DNA of 64,000 nt from Candidatus Eiseniibacteriota bacterium (lineage in GTDB: Bacteria; Eisenbacteria; RBG-16-71-46; CAIMUX01; VGJL01). The translations under genes and the position numbers were made by a program. The stretch spans positions 288,001 to 352,000 of the forward strand of contig CAWBWI010000006.1 of the NCBI GenBank assembly GCA_963792585.1. The letters are read 5' to 3'. How positions within the stretch are numbered: position 1 is the stretch's first letter; each line of letters opens with the position of its first letter. The notes under the pieces are model-generated. The model saw only the letters and a program-made list of their open reading frames with translations, was not told where the DNA came from and ran no database searches. This document shows positions 42,678-52,249 of the stretch, one piece after another.

Positions 42678-43886
42678 CTACTGCTTGCCGGGTCGCGCCC
42701 GCAGCCACTCCTGAACGCGAAGCTCGACGCGGGAGAGGGTCGCCATCGCCCGCCGGGAACTCTCCACGCTCTGACCGGGCGAGGACGCGAACGCGCGCAG
42801 GGCCCGCATGAGTTCCCCTGGTTCGACGGGCGGTCCGAAGCGGGATTCGCGATCGGCGAGTTCGAGCGCCGTTGTGCGCAGGAGCGGATCACCGCCGTCG
42901 AGGCTTTCGACCAGGGTCGGTTCCAGGATCCGCGTATAGGACCAGAGCCGTTGGTAACGATTCTTCTCCGTGCGATTGGCCACCTGCGCCGTGGAATCGC
43001 GGATTCCGGTCGTCGCGTCCCCGTACGCTTCGAGCAGATCGCGCATCGCGCGCGGATCGGCCGTGCTGCAGACGGCTTCGAGCGCGCGCAGCTTGAAATC
43101 GGCGTCGCCGCTGCGCTCGTAGAATCGATGGATGCGATCATATCCGGCCCGGCCGGATCTCGTCGCATAGGCATTGAGGAGACGGGTCGGAGGGAACTCG
43201 GCGCCCGCCTGGAAACGGTCGATGAGATCCGAGAGCAATCCCGTCACGCGCGGATCGCGCGATTCCCCCGCCATCGCGATTCCAGCCTCCCGCTCCTTCG
43301 GATCGGCCGAGTCGATCCTCGAACGAATCCCCTCGAGAACCCGGTCGGCGGAGGAGAGGTATGCCGAGGCTTTCTCCAGCTGGCCGCGCAGCTCGTCGCC
43401 ATACGCGGCCCGATCAGCCAGGGCCAGCATGGCCTCCCCGAGGTTATCCCCCTCCTCGGCCGTGAACGCGTCCCGATTGCGGAAGACGGCCTGAATGGCC
43501 GTACCGTGGCACGGCATCCCGAGCGTGACGTCGCGGAACATCGAGGCGAGTTCCCCGGCCCCCGGCGGCAGAAGGGCGAATCGCGCACGGAGGAACGCGG
43601 CGCCGTCGACCCCCAGCCGAGTGTCCTGCGCGCACTCGCGGCAGATGACCGCGATGTCGGAGGCGTCGAACCGGCGCATGAACTCCTTCGAACGTTCGTG
43701 ACGCCGCGTCTCGCTGAAGGTCGACCAGGTGCGGAGGGAATCCCGCCACGCCACGAGGGCTTCCTGGAGGTTTGGAGCGGAGGCCCCGGCGTGTGCGGGA
43801 TGTCCCGCGGCCGAGAAACCACTGAGCATGGAAATCGCGATCCCGATGGCTGCGGCCCGTCTCGCGATCTTCCGCGCGAATCCCAT
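42678..43886 (-). CDS. Secreted HEAT/ARM-like helical hypothetical protein
   Basis: GAGGAGG RBS before MGFARKIARRAAAIG...AHA signal peptide; DPKEREAGIAMAGESRDPRV HEAT-like unit. Confidence 0.6.
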   Translation of the reverse strand: MGFARKIARRAAAIGIAISMLSGFSAAGHPAHAGASAPNLQEALVAWRDSLRTWSTFSETRRHERSKEFMRRFDASDIAVICRECAQDTRLGVDGAAFLRARFALLPPGAGELASMFRDVTLGMPCHGTAIQAVFRNRDAFTAEEGDNLGEAMLALADRAAYGDELRGQLEKASAYLSSADRVLEGIRSRIDSADPKEREAGIAMAGESRDPRVTGLLSDLIDRFQAGAEFPPTRLLNAYATRSGRAGYDRIHRFYERSGDADFKLRALEAVCSTADPRAMRDLLEAYGDATTGIRDSTAQVANRTEKNRYQRLWSYTRILEPTLVESLDGGDPLLRTTALELADRESRFGPPVEPGELMRALRAFASSPGQSVESSRRAMATLSRVELRVQEWLRARPGKQ

Positions 43887-44048
43887 CGATCCTCCTCTGG
43901 TTGCGGACGCGGGGGTACGGTGCCATGCGGTCGCGCCCCGCCTCCTGCGGCGCGGCGTCGACGCCTCGCGCCAGAATATCATGGCGCGTTGTGGTCCGAT
44001 CCCGTCCGCCGTACGATGGGGCGCCGGATCAATGGAGGAGGCAGTGCC

Positions 44049-45980
44049 ATGCGCATCTTCACATGTGCAGCGATCGGTCTTGGTCTCCTCAGCCAGGGGA
44101 TCGCCGTGATCGGACCCGTTTCCGCGGACACCGTCGATCCGACGCGCGAGGAGGCCGTGATCCTCCGTTGCGAAGACGGCCGGGATCCGGATGCCGGGCT
44201 GGGCGGGCTTCTCGTCGGACCCGATCCGGTGATGCGCGCGCGGGCGGCGCTCGCCTTGGGGCGGATCGGGCGTGCGGAATCGATCCCGCTCCTGGAAAGC
44301 TTGCTGCGCGATCCCGAGCCCCATGTGCGGTCGAGCGCCGCCTTCGCGCTCGGTGAGATCGAGGACAGCGCCGCCGCCGTCCCCCTCGCGCGTTCCATCG
44401 AGGACCGAGGGGAGGTCGATTCGCACGTGCGGGCCCTGGCGGTCGAGGGACTCGGCAAGCGCGCGGTTTCGCGGTATGCGGGACTCGTCGTCGCCGCGCT
44501 GGACGATCCCTCGGAGGAGGTGCGCGAGGCGGCCTGCCTCGCCTCCTGGCAGATTCGCGCGGTCGGTGCATGCCCGCGTCTCTGCGCGCTTGCGGACGGT
44601 CCCGCGGGAGAATTGAGATGGAAGGCGACCTATGCGCTGATGCGGATGCTCGGCACTCCCCCGGCGGGGCGGACCGCCGTCGCCGGCGCGACGGATCTGA
44701 GCGGGGATGATCGCGCCGCGATTCGTAGCATCCTGATCCGCAGATCCGGCGGGAGCGAGGAGGCGCGCGTTCGACTCGCAGCCATACGCGGCCTGGGGAG
44801 GTTCGACGACGGAGATGCCCAGGGAGCGGTTCGCGCCGCGTTGGCGGATCCGGACGGCAGGGCGCGTGTCGAGGCGATCCGCGCGGCCGCTGCGACGACG
44901 CCACTCGATACGGTCGCTCCCCTTCTCGAGGATCCGGACACCAACGTGCGCGTCACGGCCATCGAAGCGCTCGGCAGGATCGGGGATGCGGATCGCGCCG
45001 TCGCCCTGCTTCGCCGGAATCTCGAATCGCCTGTCGGGCGGGAGCGCGAGGTCGCAGCACTCGCCCTCGCGACGCGGTGGCACGCCGCGATCGAGAAGGG
45101 GGAGCCGCCAGCTGCCGATCGGGCTCGCGGAGAGCTGACGGCCCTGGCAGCCCGCTTGTTGCGCAGCGAGGCGTGGACCGAGCGCGGGATCGCCGCCTCC
45201 GTTCTCGACGGGGTACCCGATTCCTCGCTCTGGACGGGAATCCTGCGCGACGATCCGCGCGTCGCACTGCAAGCGGTCGAACCGTGGGTTCGCACCCTCG
45301 CAGGCGCCCCGGGAGGCGGGGACTCGACCCTGAGCATGCTTCGGGACGACATCGCGCGCCTCCTGTCCTCGAGCGACTCCGTGCTGCGGGCCGGCGTCTT
45401 CGAGGCGATCTCCGTGTGGGCGGGAGATTCGACGGCGGCGGCGCGTATCCTCACGGGGCTAGGGTTGAATATCCCCACCACGCGTTCCGATCCTCCGGCG
45501 CGCACGCTCCCGATCGGCGACTACGAGACCATTCTGCAGTGGGCGAGGAAGGACCGGCGGGTGGAGGTCGTGACGGAGAAGGGGTCGATCTTGCTTCGGC
45601 TCTTCACGCAGGATGCCCCCCTCACATGCTGGAACTTCGTCCGGCTCGCCGATTCGGGTTTCTACGATCGGGGGAGGTGGCATCGAATCGTCCCCGATTT
45701 CGTCGTGCAGGACGGCTGTCCGCGTGGGGACGGTTCGGGTGGACCCGGGTACACGATTCGATGCGAGATCAACGAGCGCCGATTCTCTCAGGGAGCTCTT
45801 GGGATGGCGCTGTCGGGAACGGACACCGGCGGAAGCCAGTTCTTCATCACCCATTCGCCCCAGCCGCATCTCGACGGCCGGTACACGGTGTTCGGGGAGG
45901 TGATTGGCGGGGGTGACGTGGTGAGTCGCCTCGTGCAAGGGGATCGCATCGAGTCTGTCCGCTCCGTTCCGATGGAGTGA
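44049..45980 (+). CDS. HEAT-repeat + cyclophilin-type peptidyl-prolyl isomerase
   Basis: GGAGG RBS; signal peptide; repeated DP...VR..AA.ALG; C-terminal APLTCWNF, HRIVPDFVVQDG, GSQFFITH and HLDGRYTVFGEV. Confidence 0.88.
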   Translation: MRIFTCAAIGLGLLSQGIAVIGPVSADTVDPTREEAVILRCEDGRDPDAGLGGLLVGPDPVMRARAALALGRIGRAESIPLLESLLRDPEPHVRSSAAFALGEIEDSAAAVPLARSIEDRGEVDSHVRALAVEGLGKRAVSRYAGLVVAALDDPSEEVREAACLASWQIRAVGACPRLCALADGPAGELRWKATYALMRMLGTPPAGRTAVAGATDLSGDDRAAIRSILIRRSGGSEEARVRLAAIRGLGRFDDGDAQGAVRAALADPDGRARVEAIRAAAATTPLDTVAPLLEDPDTNVRVTAIEALGRIGDADRAVALLRRNLESPVGREREVAALALATRWHAAIEKGEPPAADRARGELTALAARLLRSEAWTERGIAASVLDGVPDSSLWTGILRDDPRVALQAVEPWVRTLAGAPGGGDSTLSMLRDDIARLLSSSDSVLRAGVFEAISVWAGDSTAAARILTGLGLNIPTTRSDPPARTLPIGDYETILQWARKDRRVEVVTEKGSILLRLFTQDAPLTCWNFVRLADSGFYDRGRWHRIVPDFVVQDGCPRGDGSGGPGYTIRCEINERRFSQGALGMALSGTDTGGSQFFITHSPQPHLDGRYTVFGEVIGGGDVVSRLVQGDRIESVRSVPME

Positions 45981-46145
45981 GACGCAATGCGGAGGCTTAA
46001 TTCACTGCAGGGTCTACGGTTACGGGGACTTCCCTTCCATCGGATGGCTGTGCGCGCGGAGCCGCCCGTAGGACCGGGAAGCAACTCCCCCCAACACGTC
46101 AAGTTGCGGATGACGGCCACGTTGGCGAGGACCTAAGATCCCGTC

Positions 46146-47678
46146 GTGAGGTCGCGCATCTTCCGTTTGGTCTGGGTCTGCCCCCTGTGGGCGTTGCTCG
46201 TGGGCGCGGGGTCCGACGTCTCCCGCTCCGCCGGTCTCGACGCCGGACGCTTCTACAAGGCGTTCATGGATACGGAGACCCTCGAGGAGAGACGGAGCCT
46301 CTGCGGGCAAATCGATCCGACCGCCGTCGCTCCCTATCTCCTGATCTTCTGCCAAGGTCTCGACGCCATCGATGCGGGCAGCGACAGCCTCGCCGCGAAA
46401 CTGATGCAGGAATCGCTGCGGCAACAGCCCGATTTCACGCTTGGCTGTGTGGCCTTCGGGGATGCCTACGCGGAACGGCATGAGTGGCGCGTCGCCCTCC
46501 GCTGGTATGGAGAAGCCCATCGGATCGCTCCTGATCGCCTGGACCCCCACTACGGGACCGGCCAGGCCTGGCTCGCTCTCGGCGAGACCGAGGGCCAACC
46601 GGCCTACGAGAAGGCGCTCCAAGCCTTCCGGGAGATGACCCGGATCGACCCCTCCAGCACGGACGGATGGACATGCGTCGGAGGAACCCTCGCGATGCTC
46701 GAGCGCTACGAGGAGGCGGAGGCGAGCTACCGCAAGGCGCTCGCGCTCGCGCCCGACGAGCCGCAAATCTACGAGGCTCTGGGCTCCGTGGCCTCGCGGC
46801 GCGGCGATGATGCGGCGGCCGAGGATGCTTGGCAGAAGGCGTTGCAGATCGATCCGGCCGACGCTCCCGCCGCCGTCGAGCTCGCCTCGCTCTACGGTCG
46901 CCAGGGCCGGCTGGACGACGCGGGCCGCACGCTCGAAGCCGGGGTCCAGGCCGCCCATGTCGGACCGGATGCCGGGCGACTCCGCCGTGACCTTGGCTTG
47001 GTGAACCTGCTCCAGCAGCAGGAGGCACGGGCCACCACGCTCCTGGAAGAGGCAAGCGTGCTTCGCCCGGACGCGCGCACCCTGGCGGCGCTCGGCCATG
47101 CGCGCATGCTCGCGGACAGGAAAGCCGATGCGCTCGCGGTCTTCGCGGATGCGGCCGAGAAGGATTCGGCCGCCGTCGCACCGTTCGTTCTCGCCTGGAG
47201 TGAGGCACTAGCGCCGTTATTGGGCGTGACGCGCTCCGATGGTCCGGCAGGGATGGCGATCGTGCGGGCGATCCTCGCGAAGGGCCGCGAGGCGAACGGC
47301 GCAAGGGAGCGCGAGGCGACCTCCTCGCTCGTGCGCCTGCTGCTTCCCGACTGGAAGATTCCCGACGGGCGCCTCGGCGCCACGCCGCAGGCCGACACCG
47401 GGAACGGCTACGACACGCCCCCGACGCCCATCTACCGCGCCCTCGCCACCTATCCCGACACGGCCGTCGGTATCGAGGGAACGATCTACGTGCGAGTTCA
47501 AATCGACGCTCGGGGCGAGGTGACGGAGGCGAAGGTTTCGCGCGGCGGGAATCCGGCGCTCGAGTGGGCGGCGCTCGACGCCGCCAAGCGTTGGCGGTTC
47601 GAGCCCGCGCTCCGCAATGGGATTCCGGTCGCCTCGGACGTCGAGATACCCTTCCGCTTCTCCAGCAGTTCCCATTAG
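46146..47678 (+). CDS. TPR-repeat protein with C-terminal TonB_C domain
   Basis: Signal peptide; repeated A...Y.KAL.L.P TPR units; YP..A.GIEGTIYVRVQIDARGEV...ALDAAKRWRFEPA..NG.PV. Confidence 0.82.
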   Translation: MRSRIFRLVWVCPLWALLVGAGSDVSRSAGLDAGRFYKAFMDTETLEERRSLCGQIDPTAVAPYLLIFCQGLDAIDAGSDSLAAKLMQESLRQQPDFTLGCVAFGDAYAERHEWRVALRWYGEAHRIAPDRLDPHYGTGQAWLALGETEGQPAYEKALQAFREMTRIDPSSTDGWTCVGGTLAMLERYEEAEASYRKALALAPDEPQIYEALGSVASRRGDDAAAEDAWQKALQIDPADAPAAVELASLYGRQGRLDDAGRTLEAGVQAAHVGPDAGRLRRDLGLVNLLQQQEARATTLLEEASVLRPDARTLAALGHARMLADRKADALAVFADAAEKDSAAVAPFVLAWSEALAPLLGVTRSDGPAGMAIVRAILAKGREANGAREREATSSLVRLLLPDWKIPDGRLGATPQADTGNGYDTPPTPIYRALATYPDTAVGIEGTIYVRVQIDARGEVTEAKVSRGGNPALEWAALDAAKRWRFEPALRNGIPVASDVEIPFRFSSSSH

Positions 47679-47684
47679 ATCGAA

Positions 47685-49056
47685 GGTTGTGGTTCCTAGA
47701 TTGGTGTTTGCGAGCGCCGCCCGCACGACGGTGCTCCGTGGTGTGGCACGCCCTTGGCCTCTCCTTCGCCTCGTGTCCAGACGACGTACATCCCTCCACC
47801 AGGTCCATGGGACCTGCCGCCCGCCCCATTGCCCCAACTCCGCCTGCAATTTCTACACACCCCGTCCCGATTGGCGCCCGGCCTACGACGGTTTCTTCCG
47901 TCGGCCTTCCGACGGGCGCCTCTTCCAACGCTTCCGATGCCCCCATTGCGGCCGCCGATTCTCGTCTCGAACCTTCGCCGCTGACTACTGGCTCAAACAC
48001 AGGAGTCTCTTCTGCGACATCGCCCGACTTTCTGCCGAAGGACCCGGTCTCCGTCAGATCGCGCGTCTCCTCGGCGTCTCCCACACGACCGTCCTGCGCC
48101 ACATCGCCCGTGCCGGCCGCCACTGCATGCTCTTCCACCGTCAGATGCTGGTCGAGTACCGGACCGCAGAGCCCATCGTCATCGACGGATTCGAGTCCTT
48201 CGAGTTCTCCCAGTACTTTCCCTTTCACATCAACCTCGCCGTCGATGCCCGGAGTTGGTTCATCTTCCACTTCACCGACAGCCCTTTGCGACGCAAGGGG
48301 ACCATGAGACCCGAGCAACGGCTTCGCAGGGAGCATCTGGAAGCCCAACTGGGCCGCCCCGATCCCAAGGCGGTCGAGAAAGGCGTCTTCGACCTACTCC
48401 GGTCCGTTCTGGAGGATCCATCCTCGAGGAGCGACCGGGAGCAACTCATCCACAGCGATGACCATCCCGCCTATCGCCGCGCGCTCCTTCGCCTCCGCAG
48501 ACTTCCGGAGTTCCCACAAGTGCGGCATCAGATCACTCCGTCGACCGAGCGTCGAACCACGCGCAATCCGCTCTTCCCCGTCAACCTGACCGACCTGCTC
48601 CTTCGACATGGTCAGGCCAACCACCGCCGGGAGACCATCGCATTCAGCAAGCGGCGGCAGGCGGCGATCGAGCGGCTGGCGATTTTCACGGTGTGGCGCA
48701 ATGCCATCAAGAGCCGGAGAGAGAAGGCACCGGGGGAGACCGCTGCCATGGCCGTTGGGATCCTATCGAGGCCTTTGAGGTGGGCAGAGGTCTTTGCGGA
48801 TCGGTCATTCCCCAGGAAAGAAGTCCTACCCGGGCCCTGGTGGTCCTACTACTGGAGGCGGGTCCGAACGGTGGCGCTGGGTCCAAGTCAAAGGGGACAC
48901 CAGCTCAAGTATGCATTCTGAGAAGAACTGGAGTGGTTCGGCACGGGCGAAGCCGGACCACTCTCCGCTCAACTTCCTGTCACGGTCGTTTCCGCAAGAG
49001 CCGAAGGGGTGGCCGTTGCTTCGTCAGCTGCATCCACCAATCTCCGCACCACAACC
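47685..49056 (+). mobile_element. Complete insertion sequence, IS1/IS1595-like, 1372 bp
   Basis: IRL ggttgtggttcctagattggtg (47685-47706) versus IRR reverse complement ggttgtggtgcggagattggtg (49035-49056), 19/22 identical. Perfect 9-bp flanking direct repeat TAGATCGAA at 47676-47684 and 49057-49065. Confidence 0.9.
47773..48921 (+). CDS. Zinc-finger/HTH/DDx transposase of the IS (start approximate)
   Basis: CPNSAC...RFRCPHCGRRFS zinc ribbon; LRQIARLLGVSHTTV HTH; IDGFE, HSDDHPAY and T.AMAVGI motifs. Confidence 0.82.
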   Translation: MSRRRTSLHQVHGTCRPPHCPNSACNFYTPRPDWRPAYDGFFRRPSDGRLFQRFRCPHCGRRFSSRTFAADYWLKHRSLFCDIARLSAEGPGLRQIARLLGVSHTTVLRHIARAGRHCMLFHRQMLVEYRTAEPIVIDGFESFEFSQYFPFHINLAVDARSWFIFHFTDSPLRRKGTMRPEQRLRREHLEAQLGRPDPKAVEKGVFDLLRSVLEDPSSRSDREQLIHSDDHPAYRRALLRLRRLPEFPQVRHQITPSTERRTTRNPLFPVNLTDLLLRHGQANHRRETIAFSKRRQAAIERLAIFTVWRNAIKSRREKAPGETAAMAVGILSRPLRWAEVFADRSFPRKEVLPGPWWSYYWRRVRTVALGPSQRGHQLKYAF

Positions 49057-49153
49057 TAGATCGAAGGGCGGCGGAGCGCCCGATCGGCGGGAAGCGGATC
49101 GCGCCTTCGGCTCTCGCCCGTACGCCTGTGCGCAAGCGCGGGCAGAGCCGGCT

Positions 49154-49615
49154 CTACGCGGCCCTGTGGAGAATCTCGGGGGCGATCGAGCAGAGGGCGT
49201 CGTACTGGAGGCGCATCGTTGCGTAGAGATCCGCGGCCCCGGTCAGATTCCCCGACCGCCCCTTCTCCTCGAGCGTGCAGGCGAGGGCGCCGAGTCCGTC
49301 GATGCCGAGGTTGAGGCTGCTGCCCTTCACGCGATGGGCCAGCCGTTCACATGCCTTCGCGTCGCCGGCATGGACCGCGCGACCCAACTCGTCCAAGGAT
49401 TGCCCGGCGTCATAGACGAAGACGTCGATCACCTCTTGGGCCATATCGAGGTCATCGAGCAGACCAAGGATCTCGAGCCTTTCCATGATCCGTTGGGGCG
49501 CGATCGTGACCGGGGTCGCCGCCCCGCCGTCCCCGTTGACCTCGGGGTTCCGATGCTGCTGGGTTTCCTGCCGCGCCGCGCTCGGACTGCTCACATGTTC
49601 CGACTCCTCAACCAT
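49154..49615 (-). CDS. Stand-alone Hpt (histidine phosphotransfer) domain protein
   Basis: AHRVKGSSLNLG...L...LE motif. Confidence 0.85.
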   Translation of the reverse strand: MVEESEHVSSPSAARQETQQHRNPEVNGDGGAATPVTIAPQRIMERLEILGLLDDLDMAQEVIDVFVYDAGQSLDELGRAVHAGDAKACERLAHRVKGSSLNLGIDGLGALACTLEEKGRSGNLTGAADLYATMRLQYDALCSIAPEILHRAA

Positions 49616-49739
49616 CTGGATCGTCCCCCTTGGGCCGTGGTGTCGCCCCGCTTATGTGGTTGGACGGCCGTTCGAAGTATCGTATCGGGTCCTCCAAATG
49701 CCGACTTGAGGCGGCACGAGTTCGGCGCCGCGGGGGAAA

Positions 49740-49769
49740 GGCCCCCTGCGGATTTTTCCGCAGGGGGCC
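49740..49769 (-). terminator. Terminator hairpin after the S8 peptidase
   Basis: Perfect 13-bp stem ggccccctgcgga/tccgcagggggcc followed by ttt on the minus strand. Confidence 0.65.
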
Positions 49770-49795
49770 CCGCTCCCGTGAGAAGAACGAACCGG

Positions 49796-52057
49796 TTACT
49801 TAAGAAGGAGAAGCCGCTGTTGCGATGCCGTCTTCCCCTCGATGGAGAGACGCGCGTAGTAGACGCCCGTCGCGAGGATGTGCCCCGCGCCGTCGGCGCC
49901 GTGCCACGCGATTTCATGATCCCCGGCGGGGAGAATCCCATCCTGGAGGAGGCGGACCCTGCGACCGTCCGGAGAGAAGACCTCGAGGCGGACGTGCCCC
50001 GCCTGGCCGAGGGTGAAGTGAAGCGTCGTCTTCGGATTGAACGGATTCGGGGTCGCGACCAAGCCGGGGCCGGCCTCGCGTGTCACGAGGGCCGGCGCCT
50101 CCGACTCGCCCGTCTCATCCATCAATGCGAGAATCGTGGGCCCATCGGGCGGCGCGAAGGCGATCGGTGTGCCCACCAGACTGATGTCGTCGACGTAGGC
50201 GCCCTCGCTCGTGGCCGATCCGTTCGAGAAGAAGACGAAACGGAACTTCAGCGCCGAACCGGTCACCGAATAGGCCAGATTCCTCCAGGTGGAGGAACTT
50301 CCGGACCACCGCTGGATCTCCGTCCAGGTCGAGCCGTTCAGCACCTGGAACGATAGGTAGTCGGAGCTGTTCGATGTCCGATACCAGATCCAGAACGACA
50401 ACTGAACGCCCGTGTAGCCGGAGAGACCGATCGGATTGATCAAGGTCATGTCGGCGTTCATGTTGTTGTCATATCTCTGCCCCGAAACGTTCGAATTGTC
50501 CGCGCAATAGGCGCTCCACGAGCCGCCGTGGACACGAGCCCCCGTCGATTGATCGCCCCAGTAGTCCAGGCCGCTGGTCGAATTGGCATCGGTCGCCGAC
50601 CAGACGCTCCCGGGAACCGTGTTGATCTCGAATCCTTCCGAAAAGAGGGTGACCGGGGCCGGCGGGCCGCCGCCTGCGGCATTCTGGACGGCGCGGTAGG
50701 CATTCATCCGGCCGTATCCGGTCTGCGTGTCGTATCCGGCCGCCCCCATGTCGTCGCAGTTGCCCTGAAGCACGGAGAGGAGGGTGGCATTGGTGAGGGC
50801 GGGGTTCTGGGACCAGACCAGCGCGCCGATGCCCGCCGCATGCGGGGTCGCAGAGGAGGTGCCGTTGAAGTCGCTGATGTAATCGCCCGTGCCGAATCCA
50901 CCCGAGCCGCGGATATCGGCGGTGTGAATCCTCACGCCGGGTGCCATGAAGTCGAGTCCCGTTCCGTAGTTCGAGCCCCACCAGTACTCGCCGTCACAGC
51001 TCGTTGTGCTCTTGCGCTCGTTGCACGGTGAGAGGGCGCCGATGGCGATGACGTTCGAATAGGCCCCGGGGTAGTCGAGGCTCGACGCATTCCCGTTGCC
51101 GGACGCCGCGAAGATGGCGCATCCCTTGCCGTACGCATAGTTGACGGCGGTCAGCAGGGTCGAGGAGGCGGGGCCGCCGAGACTCATTGAGAGGATCTTC
51201 GCCCCGTTGTTGGCCGCGAAGTTCATGCCGTTCGCGACCGCCGTGTAGGTCCCGCTCCCGTTTGCGGCGAGGACCTTCACGGGCATGATCCTCGCTCCCC
51301 ACGCCACCCCGGCGACGCCTTGGGCATTGTTGCCGGCGCCGGCGGCGATCCCGGCGCAGCAGGTGCCGTGGCCGTTGTCATCGGTCGGGTTCGAGTCGTT
51401 GTTCGCATAGTCGTATCCCGCGACGAGACGTCCGGCGAACTCGGGGTGCCCCAGGTCGACGCCGGTGTCGATGATCGCGATGATCATCGCAGCGCTGCCC
51501 GTTTGCAGATCCCACGCCTGATCCGTGTCGGTGTCGCAGTCGACGGTTCCGACGTTTCCGCCGCCGTACTTGATCGCCTGCCCCGTGTTGTTGTGCGCCC
51601 ACTGGGACGGGTAGTAGGTGTCATTTGGCGTGAGCATCGCGTGGGCGATCCAATTCGGTTCGGCAAAGACGATCTCGTCCGAACCTGCGAACGCACGGAC
51701 CGCCGTCTGCGGATCGCGACCGCCCGCATAGCGCACGCTGAATATGCGGTCCATCCCGACGGCGCTCTTGCGCGCCGCGTCGGTCGTGAGATCGAGGGCC
51801 GGTGCGATCTCGACGGCTCCGACGTCGGCGAGGCGACGGTCGAGATCGGCAAGACCGGTCCTCGCGATCGTGAGCTGCTCGGGGCGCACCAAGGCGAATG
51901 CATCCGGGGTGAGCTGGATCAAGAGCTCGCCCGGCGCAGCCTCATCGCGCGTCGTTATGGTGAGCCCCGGAGCCGGGGCGTTTGCCATGGAAGTGGTCGC
52001 GAGAAGAATGAACAGCGCGGCGAATGCCGCGATTCGGAACGGTTGGGGGAACCTCAT
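49796..52057 (-). CDS. Secreted S8 subtilase with C-terminal FlgD/T9SS-like domain
   Basis: Triad motifs IIDTGV, GHGTCCAG and NGTSSATP; PNPFNPKT...GVYYARL tail; AGGAGG RBS. Confidence 0.93.
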   Translation of the reverse strand: MRFPQPFRIAAFAALFILLATTSMANAPAPGLTITTRDEAAPGELLIQLTPDAFALVRPEQLTIARTGLADLDRRLADVGAVEIAPALDLTTDAARKSAVGMDRIFSVRYAGGRDPQTAVRAFAGSDEIVFAEPNWIAHAMLTPNDTYYPSQWAHNNTGQAIKYGGGNVGTVDCDTDTDQAWDLQTGSAAMIIAIIDTGVDLGHPEFAGRLVAGYDYANNDSNPTDDNGHGTCCAGIAAGAGNNAQGVAGVAWGARIMPVKVLAANGSGTYTAVANGMNFAANNGAKILSMSLGGPASSTLLTAVNYAYGKGCAIFAASGNGNASSLDYPGAYSNVIAIGALSPCNERKSTTSCDGEYWWGSNYGTGLDFMAPGVRIHTADIRGSGGFGTGDYISDFNGTSSATPHAAGIGALVWSQNPALTNATLLSVLQGNCDDMGAAGYDTQTGYGRMNAYRAVQNAAGGGPPAPVTLFSEGFEINTVPGSVWSATDANSTSGLDYWGDQSTGARVHGGSWSAYCADNSNVSGQRYDNNMNADMTLINPIGLSGYTGVQLSFWIWYRTSNSSDYLSFQVLNGSTWTEIQRWSGSSSTWRNLAYSVTGSALKFRFVFFSNGSATSEGAYVDDISLVGTPIAFAPPDGPTILALMDETGESEAPALVTREAGPGLVATPNPFNPKTTLHFTLGQAGHVRLEVFSPDGRRVRLLQDGILPAGDHEIAWHGADGAGHILATGVYYARLSIEGKTASQQRLLLLK

Positions 52058-52249
52058 ATCGTCCGATCCTCCTGATAGGTCGAATCCGAGCCTTGCGCCG
52101 AGGGCGCTTGAAAGCAGCCGGACGCGTCGTGAGACGACGCGCCCGGTTCGGGTGGAGCAATCCTAGGGCCAGCGAGACGCAGAGATCAATCCTGTTTCGC
52201 GGCCGGCTCCGGGCGGGCGATCCAGCCTGCCCCATCCAGGCCGTGCGCT

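Noticed and set aside
42606..45980. Very long overlapping ORFs on both strands (1124 aa + and 864 aa -)
   Set aside because: High-GC shadow extensions. The real genes are divergent, starting at 43886 (-) and 44049 (+), each with an RBS and signal peptide.
45981..46145. Possible c-di-GMP-I riboswitch (GACGCAA...GGGTCTA...GATGGC fragments)
   Set aside because: The P1 GGCAAA/GAAA arm is missing and the spacing does not fit.
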